Source: Bradymonadia bacterium (GTDB lineage Bacteria > Myxococcota_A > Bradymonadia > UBA7976 > UBA1532). From it: DNA of 64,000 nucleotides. The position numbers and the translations under genes were made by a program. Under the pieces are notes generated by a model. It did no database searches, was not told the origin of the DNA, and saw nothing but the letters and a program-made list of their open reading frames with translations. Below, piece after piece: positions 9,034 to 17,773 of this stretch (positions are counted from its first letter, which is position 1; each line of letters begins with the position of its first letter). The stretch is from NCBI GenBank assembly GCA_046290225.1, contig JBKAGE010000075.1, positions 224,001 through 288,000 of the forward strand. Direction: 5' to 3'.

Positions 9034-9786
9034 ATGTGGAGCATACTGTTGATGGTGGTCTCACTGGCGAGTCCGCCCGCAGCGTCGAAGGCCGCGCCGA
9101 GCAGCCAGCCAGTGGAGAAGGCAGAAAAGAAGGGGCCACCTGCATCCCAGCCTGCAGAGACTCCACAGCCTTCATCTCAGCCCTCCTCAGCCCAGAGCGT
9201 AGAGTCGGAGCCAGAGGATATGGCCGACGAAGACACGCCTCCGATGACGTCGACGGTCCGGAAGCGCAGCAGAGTCGGCAGGATGCCTCGACCGAGCGAG
9301 ATGCCACTCAAGATTCTTGGGGTTGGCCGTGCCGTCGACCTTGGCGATCGCACCATCAAGACCCCACCGGAGCTCTACCTCGGCCCAACGAAGTATGCCG
9401 AAGGCACCGAGGACTTCATCCAGAGCATCGAGCTCGGCAGCCGGCTGATCGTGTATCGAAGGGAAGGCATCCCACCCTTCGGGAACACGCCGGACAAGAA
9501 GTCGGGGATGGAGCACATGTTGGTGAAGGTTGGTGAGGCAGAGGTGATGGAGATACGCCGGGTGGTGATCGTGGCCCGCCTGGTGGAGACCACTGATGAT
9601 CCGGCCCTCACCATCCCCAGCGCCCTCGTGAACGACTTCGCGCAAGTGAAGCGCCGGCCGGCGCCACCTCCGCCGCCACCCAAGCGCATGGTCAAGCGGC
9701 CAAAACGCAAGAAGATGAAGTCGAAGCCCGAGCCTGCAGCCCCAGCACCGAAGTACACCCGGCCCAACCCGAGGTACACGCTGTGA
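9034..9786 (+). CDS. Secreted Pro-rich hypothetical protein, possible FlgT C-terminal-like domain
   Basis: Signal peptide and Pro/Ser-rich linkers. Core IELGSRLIVYRREG...VKVGEAEVMEI...ARLV resembles the FlgT_C pattern; similarity judged by eye only. Confidence 0.55.
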   Translation: MWSILLMVVSLASPPAASKAAPSSQPVEKAEKKGPPASQPAETPQPSSQPSSAQSVESEPEDMADEDTPPMTSTVRKRSRVGRMPRPSEMPLKILGVGRAVDLGDRTIKTPPELYLGPTKYAEGTEDFIQSIELGSRLIVYRREGIPPFGNTPDKKSGMEHMLVKVGEAEVMEIRRVVIVARLVETTDDPALTIPSALVNDFAQVKRRPAPPPPPPKRMVKRPKRKKMKSKPEPAAPAPKYTRPNPRYTL

Positions 9787-9871
9787 GCAAAGGCTGGGGC
9801 CAGAAAGAAGGCTGTGTGTCTGTCTTCAAGACGGCGAGCCGAAAAAAAACGAGGTCGACGAAATTTTCTGT

Positions 9872-9898
9872 TCAAGAAAGCCCCGACCACGACGATGT
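9872..9898 (+). promoter_or_regulatory. Sigma28-like promoter for fliS
   Basis: TCAAG-N14-GACGATGT, identical boxes and spacing to the flgM promoter, with upstream A/T tracts. Confidence 0.7.
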
Positions 9899-9957
9899 GC
9901 CTTGTGTAAGGCGATGATTTCACCACCGACTGCTGATCGCTGATTTCGAGGAGCCAA

Positions 9958-10461
9958 ATGTACGCCAAAAGCGGATATGGACAGAGCACCCACCAGCGAT
10001 ATCGGGCCGTCAAGGTGCAGACTGCGTCACCGGCGCAGGTCATGCTCATGCTGTTCGATGGCGCCATTCGTTTTGCACGCACTGCCCGGCAGAAGATCGA
10101 AGAAAAGGATCTCGCGGGGAAGGGCACCTACATCGGGAAGGTGCAGGCCATCGTCACCGAGCTGATGAGCAGCCTCGACTTCACCTTGAATCCCGAGCTG
10201 TGCTCTCAGCTTCAGCAGCTCTACGTCTACATGATCGAGCGCCTCACCGCGGCGAACATCAAGGTGGACGTCGTGCCCCTCGACGAGGTCATCAGTCTGC
10301 TCACCGATCTCCGGGACACGAACAAGAAAGCTCTGGAGAGCCTGCCTCAAGATCCCACCCTCAAGGCCCGGGACAAGGCGCCGGCGGCTGCACGCCCCGT
10401 GAACCCTGTGCGTCCGGTGCCCACGGGCGGCCCACGCTTCGGCGGTGGCCCCAAGGCATGA
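9958..10461 (+). CDS. fliS: Flagellin chaperone FliS
   Basis: Y..VKVQTASPAQVMLMLFDGAIRF...KVQAIVTELMSSLD...LQQLYVYM..RLTAAN. Confidence 0.95.
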   Translation: MYAKSGYGQSTHQRYRAVKVQTASPAQVMLMLFDGAIRFARTARQKIEEKDLAGKGTYIGKVQAIVTELMSSLDFTLNPELCSQLQQLYVYMIERLTAANIKVDVVPLDEVISLLTDLRDTNKKALESLPQDPTLKARDKAPAAARPVNPVRPVPTGGPRFGGGPKA

Positions 10462-10838
10462 GCGCACCACACACCATCACTGATCACATCGAGGTCCTCG
10501 ACGGCCTGATCCGGCTGTATGAGGTGCACCTGGGTCAGTTTCATCGCGATCCCAAGCTCGACTGGTCAGCCTTTGGCGAGGCACGCCAGACCATCATCGA
10601 CGCCTGGCGTCTGATGACCCCTCTCACCGAGTTACTGCCCGACGAGGCTCAGCAGGCCCGGATCAGAGAGCGCATGGAGCGTCTCGAGGCGTTGAACGTG
10701 TCTGTGGTGGAGGCTGCCGAGAGCAGCCGCGCGGATTTAAATCGCCGTTTGGGCGCTTTGCGGACGGGCCGGAAGGGGCTCAAGGGCTACCAACGCCACT
10801 TGGGTCCGGCGCGGCGATCACAGCTCGGCCGGGGCTGA
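10458..10838 (+). CDS. FliT/FlgN-like helical flagellar chaperone (putative)
   Basis: 126-aa helical ORF coupled to fliS by ATGA overlap; C-terminal RTGRKGLKGY motif is typical of FliT-like proteins. Confidence 0.6.
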   Translation: MSAPHTITDHIEVLDGLIRLYEVHLGQFHRDPKLDWSAFGEARQTIIDAWRLMTPLTELLPDEAQQARIRERMERLEALNVSVVEAAESSRADLNRRLGALRTGRKGLKGYQRHLGPARRSQLGRG

Positions 10839-10851
10839 GCGGCTGGCGGCT

Positions 10852-11262
10852 TGAGCGGACGGCCGTGCCTTTGGCACCGCCTGTAGCGGACGGTCATCGC
10901 CTGGCGGCGACAGCCTGTAGCGGACGCCTCGCCTTCGGCGAGAGCTGTAGCGGACGCTCATTTGCCTACGGCAAATTCCCTGTAGCTTTTTTGAAGATCA
11001 GTTGAGGGGGGCGTGTGTAGATTCATCCTCCGCAGACGCTGTTGGCCCCTGACGCACCAGTTCCGGCGTAAGCCCCTACCTGGGTTGAGAAACCCACCAG
11101 CAACACCATAACTCTCTGAAAAAGCTACAGCTCAGCCTGCCGAAGGCAGACTCGGCGTCCGCTACAGCTCTGTAAGGCGAAGCCGCAGCAGGCGTCCGCT
11201 ACAGGCGGCCCGAAGGGCGGCCGTCCGCTACAGATCGCGCCGCAGGCGGGATCGTCCGCTCA
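10852..11262. repeat. Symmetric inverted array of CTGTAGCGGACG repeats with hairpin spacers (REP/REPIN- or MITE-like element)
   Basis: Left arm: TGAGCGGACG 10852, CTGTAGCGGACG at 10881, 10915 and 10945, then CTGTAGC+T6 at 10980. Right arm mirrors it: A5+GCTACAG at 11119, CGTCCGCTACAG at 11156, 11193 and 11222, then CGTCCGCTCA 11253-11262. All eight spacers (17-25 nt) differ and each contains a hairpin. Confidence 0.92.
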
Positions 11263-13494
11263 TCAGCCGCCACCGGAGAGCGACGACAGCGCCGAGAGCT
11301 GCTGACTCACGTAATCCCCGAGGGCCTGCAACTCCGCGAGCTGCACCTCGAGCCCCACGAATTGTCGGCGTAGTCGCTCTTCCACACGGGAGACACGCTC
11401 GTTCTGCACGTCGATCTGCTCTTCGAGGCGGGTCACCTGAGAGCGGATGCCGTCAGTGCGAGAGCCGATCACGTCATCGGTGAGGCTGTCGATGAGGTCT
11501 GGCAGCGTCTCGCCGAGGCCGTCGGACACGCGCACCCTGCCGAGGATGCCGGTTTGAGAGTCATCAGGGATCTCGATGAGCATGCCTTCGGAGCCGAAGC
11601 CTCGAGCGCCACGGAACACATTGCCGTCGATGACCTCTGCCTGGATCCCGCCGATGCGGCCCGAGAGATCAGTCCCTGTGGCTTCGCTCTCGACGTTGCC
11701 GATGCCCGAGTTCGCGCCAGCGGCTTGATCGGAGATCACCGTGAAGGTCTGCTCCGAGCCGTACAATGTGGTGCGGATGTTGATTCGACCATCTGATACG
11801 AAGGCCGCCATGCCCACATTGTTGTCGGAGAAGGCCTGGTTGAGCCGACCAACCTGAGTGTCCACATCGTCACCGGCGAGCAAGTTCACGTCGAAGGTGC
11901 GGATGCCATCTTGGAAGTTGAAGCTCAAGGTCTCGTCAGCGCCGATGACCTGGGCGTCCGCGCCGGCGGTGAACGACGCTCGGGTACGAGCAGTCTCCAC
12001 TTCGACGGTGTATTCCCCCGGCTGAGTCCTTGAGTTCCGTGAGCGGAAGGTGAAGTCGCCGGTGATCACCTCACCGACGCCGGTGAGCAGTCGTTCCACG
12101 GCTTTCGAGTCGGAGTTGAGGGCTGAGCTGAGGGTGCCGCTGTTGAGCGACAACAGACCGGTCTCGCTGTTGGACTCGATGCCGAGCTCCGAGAGGGCGG
12201 AGATGGTGGACCCGTTGAGCCCGGGCACCCGGCCGAGGGTGAGGGCCTTCAAACGTCTCTGCACATTGCGCACGGCGGAGTCGCCGTTGAGCGCCGGGGC
12301 CGCGAGGCCGCTCGCCGGATCGTAGTCGAACTGGCCGTTGATGAAGCCCACGACGGAGTTGTAGGCCCCGATGAAGCTCGTGAGCGAGCCCTCTACATCG
12401 CCGATTTGATCATCGATGCTCAGGGTCACTGTCTTGCTCGGATCCACGTCGGCGATGGAGAAGGTCATGCCTTCGAAGACGTCGGTGAAGCTATTGCTGC
12501 CGTTGGTGATCGTGATGCCGTTGATCTCCACCATGGCGTCTTTCGCCTCTTGCAACACGGGATCGACTGCGTCGATGCGGAAGGTGTCGCCGGTGGTGAG
12601 GCTGCCGTTGTCGGTGAAGTTGATCTCCACGCCGTCGGCGAGGGCGATGGGGCCACCGCTGGTGACTTCGAAGCCCGAGCCACCGTTGTCGTCGAAGGTG
12701 AGCCCTCCATCTGTGGAGAACCGATAGCGGGCGGCGCCGGCGCCGCCTGCTGCGGTGCCGTCTTGGATGATCTCCACCACGAAGTTGGCGTTCCCTGTGC
12801 CCGTGTACGTGCCAGAAGCAGTGGCTGCGCCGAGGTAGGCGGCGTTGTTGGTGGTGTCGGCCGTCGCTGCCTCGATTTGCTTGTTGGCGAAGTCGAGGGT
12901 GGTGTCGTTCTGCACCACCTTCACCTCGTTATCGGTGCCGCCCTTCACCCCCGACAAGATCAGTCGAAAGGGGTTGGTGGCGGTGCCGTCGTTCACGATC
13001 TCTGCCCGCACATCGCTCGAGGCGTCGTTGATGGCGTCAGCGAGCTGACTCAGAGTCGTCGATTCGTTGACGTCGATCTCGATCTCGGAGCCGTCGCCGA
13101 TCTGGAAGCTGAAGGTGCCCGCAGCGGCGGCCACCGCCGTGGCGTTGTCGTCGACGAAGCCCTGGGCGCCGAGGCGATTGGTGGTGGCTTTCTGCAGCGC
13201 TTTCACCGTGTAGGTGCCGTTGCTCGCCTTGTCGGTGGCGTTCACCGTCACCAGGCTGCTGTCGGAGCTCGTCGCCGTCTTGCTGCCGAAGAGGCTGGAG
13301 GAGTTCAGGTCCCGGGCGGCGGAGCGCAAGCTGCCCAGCCGTCCGCTGAGATCGCTGTACGAGGCGTTTCTCTGCTCAGCGTCGACGATCTTTTGCTGCA
13401 AGCTGGTGATCGGCGCCCGCTCGAGGGTGAGCAACTGGTTGATGATGCCGTCTACGTCCAGGCCACTGGCCAGGCCGCTGATGCTGATGGACAT
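11263..13494 (-). CDS. fliD: Flagellar filament cap FliD (HAP2), 743 aa with internal insertions
   Basis: MSISISGLASGLDVDGIINQLLTLER N-terminus, AKDAMVEING..SNSFTDVFEG, FIGAYNSV, and LRRQFVGLE C-terminus. Start set at ATG 13494 after AGGAGG. Confidence 0.94.
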   Translation of the reverse strand: MSISISGLASGLDVDGIINQLLTLERAPITSLQQKIVDAEQRNASYSDLSGRLGSLRSAARDLNSSSLFGSKTATSSDSSLVTVNATDKASNGTYTVKALQKATTNRLGAQGFVDDNATAVAAAAGTFSFQIGDGSEIEIDVNESTTLSQLADAINDASSDVRAEIVNDGTATNPFRLILSGVKGGTDNEVKVVQNDTTLDFANKQIEAATADTTNNAAYLGAATASGTYTGTGNANFVVEIIQDGTAAGGAGAARYRFSTDGGLTFDDNGGSGFEVTSGGPIALADGVEINFTDNGSLTTGDTFRIDAVDPVLQEAKDAMVEINGITITNGSNSFTDVFEGMTFSIADVDPSKTVTLSIDDQIGDVEGSLTSFIGAYNSVVGFINGQFDYDPASGLAAPALNGDSAVRNVQRRLKALTLGRVPGLNGSTISALSELGIESNSETGLLSLNSGTLSSALNSDSKAVERLLTGVGEVITGDFTFRSRNSRTQPGEYTVEVETARTRASFTAGADAQVIGADETLSFNFQDGIRTFDVNLLAGDDVDTQVGRLNQAFSDNNVGMAAFVSDGRINIRTTLYGSEQTFTVISDQAAGANSGIGNVESEATGTDLSGRIGGIQAEVIDGNVFRGARGFGSEGMLIEIPDDSQTGILGRVRVSDGLGETLPDLIDSLTDDVIGSRTDGIRSQVTRLEEQIDVQNERVSRVEERLRRQFVGLEVQLAELQALGDYVSQQLSALSSLSGGG

Positions 13495-13633
13495 GATCCC
13501 CTCCTGGGTGGATGAGGGTGGCGTTCGAATGCTCGAGCGGTCAGTCCGTGGACACACCGTTCGAAATTGCGAAACGCCCCTTTGGCCGAAGCGGTGTGCA
13601 CAGGGGTCGCACCGCCCGTTTGCACGGAGGTGT

Positions 13634-13651
13634 ATGCACACTGCAGGCCAA
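13634..13651 (-). promoter_or_regulatory. Possible sigma54 promoter upstream of fliD
   Basis: Minus strand TTGGCCTGCAGTGTGCAT has GG-N10-GC spacing but is an imperfect match to TGGCACG-N4-TTGC. Confidence 0.35.
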
Positions 13652-13686
13652 AGAGGCGCCGTCTCGCGTTCAGAGCGTGAAGTCGA

Positions 13687-14136
13687 TCAGGCGCTCACGT
13701 TCACCAGGGCCGGGGCGCGCTTGGCGTCGCGCTCCCCGCGGGCCTCTTTCAGACGCTCCAGCATCTTCAAGAATGCCTCTGGCGGCAGTTGACGGACTGT
13801 CTCCTCTCCGCTCTCCTTCTCCTTGATGGTCATCACCAGCCGACCGCTGGCCTCGTCCCGTGAGAAGCGCACCGAGCGCTCGCTCTGGTCATAGGCGACC
13901 TCGGCGAGGCTGTTGGCCTCCTCGACTGCCTTGGTGAGGCTGACCTCGTTCTTCGGCAGTATCCCTTCGGCGGGGGTCCCCAGGGGCCCCGCGCCCTGAC
14001 GGGCGGGATCGGACAGATCGGTGGCGGTGCTGGGCGCTGCGGCATTTCGAGGGTTGCTTCGAGCTGCAGCGCTCTCCGCAGTCGGCGGCCGGGTGGCCTG
14101 GCCGCCGCCCAGTCTGTTCAGGACGTCTATGGCCAT
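13687..14136 (-). CDS. flaG: FlaG family flagellar protein
   Basis: AVEEAN...RSVRFSRDEASGRLVMTIKEKESGEETVRQLPPEAFLKM; lies between flagellin and fliD. Confidence 0.88.
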   Translation of the reverse strand: MAIDVLNRLGGGQATRPPTAESAAARSNPRNAAAPSTATDLSDPARQGAGPLGTPAEGILPKNEVSLTKAVEEANSLAEVAYDQSERSVRFSRDEASGRLVMTIKEKESGEETVRQLPPEAFLKMLERLKEARGERDAKRAPALVNVSA

Positions 14137-14168
14137 GATTTACCTCCTCGATGTGTCCTCAGCGTCCA

Positions 14169-15593
14169 TTACAGCAGTGACAACGCGATCTGAGACGACT
14201 GGTTCGACTGCGCCAGGATCGAGGTCCCAGCCTGCTGCAGGATCTGCGTACGGGTGAGGTCCGCGGTCTCCTGCGCGAAGTCGGCGTCCTGAATCCGGCT
14301 ACGTGCTGCAGCGAGGTTTTCAGAGGTGGCCGACAAGTTGTTGATCGTCGATTCGAGGCGGTTCTGCGTCGCACCGAGTGAAGATCGGGTCTCAGACAAA
14401 TAACTGAGCGCTTGATCCGCGATATCGATGGCTCTGTTGGCGCCATCTCTCGAGGTGATGTCGATGGTACTCACCGACGACGACGAGTTCTTGCCCAACA
14501 CGATGTTGCCTGCACCACCACCGAATCCGATGGCGCTTGACCCGTTCGCCGTGAGGGTCGCCGAGATGTTCTCGGACGATTGCAGCGTGACCGTACCTTG
14601 ACTCACCCCTGCGCCGAGACCCGTTCGGGCAGCCCCGGCCCCGGTGGCGGTCACCTCGATGTTTCGACCATCCACGGCGGTGAGCACCACGTTGTTACTT
14701 GAGTCCAGCGAGGCGATGACGCCCGTACTGTCCGCGTAGCTGTTGATGGTGTCCACCAGGGTGCCGTCGGCGTCGTCTGCCGATACCGTGACCCCCGTGA
14801 TGTCCTGGCCGTTGATGGTGATGAAGTTCGTGGCGTCGAGCGCACCACCGGCGACGTCGGCGTTGCCGTCATCGACGGTGGAGTTGGCGATGGCGGTGAC
14901 GTTGGTGAACTCCGAGGAGTCGTTGATGGCTGCAGCCTTGGCGATGGCCGAGCTGGTGGCCAGCGAGGTCGACACCGTGTCGTCCACGGCGTTCGTCGCC
15001 CGGATCGACACGTTGTTGATCACCACGTCGTTCGCCGCGATGGCCTGCGTACCGGCGGTGGAGCCGGTCTCTCGGGCGCTGGCGCCGAGGGCGGTGGACC
15101 GTGCGTCGCTGATGTTCACCGAGAGCGACTGGTTGGAATTGGCCCCGATTTGGAACCGCGCTCCGTTGAAGCTGCCGTCGAGGATGTTCTGGTTGTTGAA
15201 CGTGGTGTTGTTGCCGATGCGGTCCAGCTCGCTCACGAGCTGATCCACCTCGTCTTGCAGGTTCTGACGGTCGGCATCGGTGTTGGTATCGTTTGCCGCC
15301 TGCACGGCGAGCTCACGCATCCGCTGCACGATGTCGGTGGATTCCTGCAGGGCACCTTCAGCAGTCTGCACGAGACTGATGCCGTCGTTGGCGTTTCGCA
15401 CCGCCTGGTTGAGGCCGCGGACCTGAGCGGTCATGCGGTTCGAGATGGCCAGACCGGCGGCGTCGTCTTTGGCGCTGTTGATGCGCAGACCGCTGGACAA
15501 CCGCTCGAACGAGGTGCTCAGCTTCTTGCTGGTCTTGTTGAGAGTGTTCTGAGCGCCCAGGGATCGAGCGTTCGTGTTGACGAAAAGACCCAT
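14169..15593 (-). CDS. fliC: Flagellin 1 (474 aa)
   Basis: MGLFVNTN...ERLSSGLRINSAKDDAAGLAI...QTAEGAL...SRIQDADFAQE...QQAGTSILAQSN. Start re-assigned to ATG 15593. Confidence 0.97.
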   Translation of the reverse strand: MGLFVNTNARSLGAQNTLNKTSKKLSTSFERLSSGLRINSAKDDAAGLAISNRMTAQVRGLNQAVRNANDGISLVQTAEGALQESTDIVQRMRELAVQAANDTNTDADRQNLQDEVDQLVSELDRIGNNTTFNNQNILDGSFNGARFQIGANSNQSLSVNISDARSTALGASARETGSTAGTQAIAANDVVINNVSIRATNAVDDTVSTSLATSSAIAKAAAINDSSEFTNVTAIANSTVDDGNADVAGGALDATNFITINGQDITGVTVSADDADGTLVDTINSYADSTGVIASLDSSNNVVLTAVDGRNIEVTATGAGAARTGLGAGVSQGTVTLQSSENISATLTANGSSAIGFGGGAGNIVLGKNSSSSVSTIDITSRDGANRAIDIADQALSYLSETRSSLGATQNRLESTINNLSATSENLAAARSRIQDADFAQETADLTRTQILQQAGTSILAQSNQSSQIALSLL

Positions 15594-15596
15594 GTG

Positions 15597-15636
15597 ATCC
15601 TCCTTGGATACAAAAATCGGGCAGACTTCCGCGTCT
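15597..15636 (-). promoter_or_regulatory. CsrA-type GGA hairpins at flagellin 1 leader/RBS
   Basis: mRNA sense ATCC-AAGGA-GGAT (15597-15609) overlaps the SD; a second hairpin AGAC-GCGGAA-GTCT lies at 15623-15636. Confidence 0.6.
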
Positions 15637-15815
15637 CCCCGGCGATCCCGCCCGACCCCTCGAGCGTTCACGCAACCGTTTCAGGCTGACCAGGGACCCT
15701 CCCGAATCAGCCCTCACGAGCTGTGGTCTCCAACACTGCCGACCCATGGCAGGCTCAACGCAGTCGACCCAAAAATGACCGCGTCAGAGCACGTGGAGTC
15801 CACCTCTCAACGCTG

Positions 15816-15842
15816 ACATCGGCGGTCTCAAACGGGAGTTGA
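15816..15842 (-). promoter_or_regulatory. Sigma28-like promoter for flagellin 1
   Basis: Minus strand TCAAC-N14-GCCGATGT preceded by a T-tract. Confidence 0.7.
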
Positions 15843-16081
15843 GAAAAAAAAGAAGAAGGCGCCATTTTGGGGTCGCCACGACCCGGGTGGGTCATGACGG
15901 ATACGCCTCGAATTGGGCGGGGTCGACAACAGACAAAAAAGGGGAGATCTCGGGGCAGGCGCGCGGAGCCGCAGGCGCGGCAGCGGTGCAGTCGCCTCAG
16001 GCGACAAACGGGTGTCGAGTGGGGTGTTGAATACGTAGCGAGCTACGCCGCCACCGCGCGCCTCGGTTGAATCCGACCCGA

Positions 16082-17509
16082 TTAACCGAGGAGGTTCAGG
16101 GCGATGTTCGGCCCCTGGTTGGCCTGAGCGAGAATCGAGGTGCTGGCCTGCTGCAGGATCTGGTTTCGCGTCATCATCGCCGTCTCAGAGGCGAAGTCGG
16201 CGTCTTGAATCCGGCTTCGAGAGGCGGCGAGGTTCTGACTGGTGGCCGACATGTTGTTGATGGCCGATTCCATCCGGTTCATGAAGGCGCCGAGCCCGGA
16301 TCTCTGTTTCGACACTTGATCGATGGCCACATCGAGGATGTCGATGGCCGTATTGGCCCCATCTCTCGAGGTGATGTCCACCGCGCTCGTGGCGAAGTTG
16401 CTGTTGACCCCGAAGACCACGTTGCCCGCACCACCGCCGAAGCCGATGGCCGTCGAGCCGTTCGCCGTGAGGGTCATGTCGATGTTCGCTTCCGATTGCA
16501 ACGTGATGCTGCCTTGGGTGACCCCGGCGGCGAGGCCCGTTCGGGCTGCCCCGGCCCCTGTAGCCGTCACTTCGATGTTTCGACCATCATTGGCCGTGAG
16601 CACCACGTTGTTGCTGTCGTCGAGAGACGCCACCACCCCCGTCGTGTCGGTATATGCGTTGATCGCATCCACCAGGGTGCTGTCGGCGTCATCTGCCGCC
16701 ACCGTGATCCCGGTGATGTTCTGACCGTTGATGGTGATGAAGTTCGTGGCGTCGAGCACACCACCGGCGACGTCGGCGTTGCCGCTGTCCACCGAGGAGT
16801 TGACGATGGCCTTCACATTGGTGAACTCCGAGGAGTCGTTGATGGCTGAAGCCTTGGCGATGGCCGAGCTGGTGGCCAGCGAGGTCGACACCGTGTCGTC
16901 CACGGCGTTCGTCGCCCGGATCGACACGTTGTTGATCACCACGTCGTTCGCCGCGATGGCCTGCGTACCGGTGGCCACGCCGTCGTTGCGTGACTGCTTC
17001 CCCAGAGCGGTGGAGCGGGCGTCGGAGATGTTCAGATCGACGGTCTGACGTGAGTTCGATCCCGAGTGCACCCGCATCCCGATGAAGCTGCCATCGAGGA
17101 TGTTCCGGTTGTTGAACGTGGTGTTGTTGCCGATGCGGTCCAGCTCGCTCACGAGCTGATCCACCTCGTCCTGCAGGTTCTGACGGTCTGCAGTGGTGTT
17201 GGTGTCGTTTGCCGCCTGCACAGCGAGCTCACGCATTCGCTGCAAGATCGAGCCGGTTTCGTCCAGGGCACCCTCTGCGGTCTGGGCCAGAGAGATGCCG
17301 TCGTTCGAGTTTCGGACTGCCTGGTTCAGTCCTCGGACCTGTGAGGTCATTCGGTTGGCGATGGCCAGGCCAGCGGCGTCGTCTTTGGCGCTGTTGATGC
17401 GCATACCGCTGGAGAGACGTTCAAAAGATCGGCTGAGGCCGTTGCTGCTCTTGCGAAGCTGCCGTTGTGCGTTCAGCGAAGAGGCGTTGGTGTTGACGTA
17501 AAGACCCAT
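16082..17509 (-). CDS. fliC: Flagellin 2 (475 aa)
   Basis: Canonical flagellin N- and C-terminal motifs; close paralogue of flagellin 1. Confidence 0.97.
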   Translation of the reverse strand: MGLYVNTNASSLNAQRQLRKSSNGLSRSFERLSSGMRINSAKDDAAGLAIANRMTSQVRGLNQAVRNSNDGISLAQTAEGALDETGSILQRMRELAVQAANDTNTTADRQNLQDEVDQLVSELDRIGNNTTFNNRNILDGSFIGMRVHSGSNSRQTVDLNISDARSTALGKQSRNDGVATGTQAIAANDVVINNVSIRATNAVDDTVSTSLATSSAIAKASAINDSSEFTNVKAIVNSSVDSGNADVAGGVLDATNFITINGQNITGITVAADDADSTLVDAINAYTDTTGVVASLDDSNNVVLTANDGRNIEVTATGAGAARTGLAAGVTQGSITLQSEANIDMTLTANGSTAIGFGGGAGNVVFGVNSNFATSAVDITSRDGANTAIDILDVAIDQVSKQRSGLGAFMNRMESAINNMSATSQNLAASRSRIQDADFASETAMMTRNQILQQASTSILAQANQGPNIALNLLG

Positions 17510-17511
17510 GA

Positions 17512-17524
17512 ATCACTCCTTGAT
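17512..17524 (-). promoter_or_regulatory. CsrA-type GGA hairpin over flagellin 2 RBS
   Basis: mRNA sense ATCA-AGGAG-TGAT, ending 2 nt before the ATG. Confidence 0.55.
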
Positions 17525-17773
17525 GGGCATGAAGGAGACGAACCTTGTCTCCTCGTTGGCGGAAACTGTCAGGGCCAGCGGCCTCCGCCCCGGTCCGACG
17601 GGTCCCCACGTGGGGGGCGTCGCTTCGGGGAAGGGGGGCTGTCTCGCCCGGAGTCCGCCGGATGGCCTCGACTCAGGGCGGGGAATCTGCTCCGGTACGT
17701 CCGGCGCCGTCGTCGGCTGCCCGGGCCCGGGGGTGTCTTACGGGGGGCGCGCATCTTCATGTGTTCGACTCCC

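Noticed and set aside
10957..11155. Simple pair of intrinsic terminators
   Set aside because: The T-runs are separated from the nearest hairpins by more than 10 nt, and terminators would not explain the repeated 12-mer or the eight hairpins.
10852..11262. CRISPR array interpretation of the repeat-spacer pattern
   Set aside because: Repeats are only 12 bp, spacers are 17-25 bp and are themselves related hairpins, the two arrays are inverted, and there are no cas genes or leader.
13500..13633. c-di-GMP-I riboswitch in the fliD leader (GCAAAC...stem...CAAAG on the minus strand)
   Set aside because: It lacks the GAAA tetraloop/receptor and a recognisable P1/P3. An Infernal scan with the c-di-GMP-I model would be needed to revive it.
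17510..17773. CsrB-like GGA-rich sRNA between flagellins 3 and 2
   Set aside because: About eight GGA trinucleotides in 264 nt is not clearly above chance in GC-rich DNA, and most are not in ANGGA hairpin loops.
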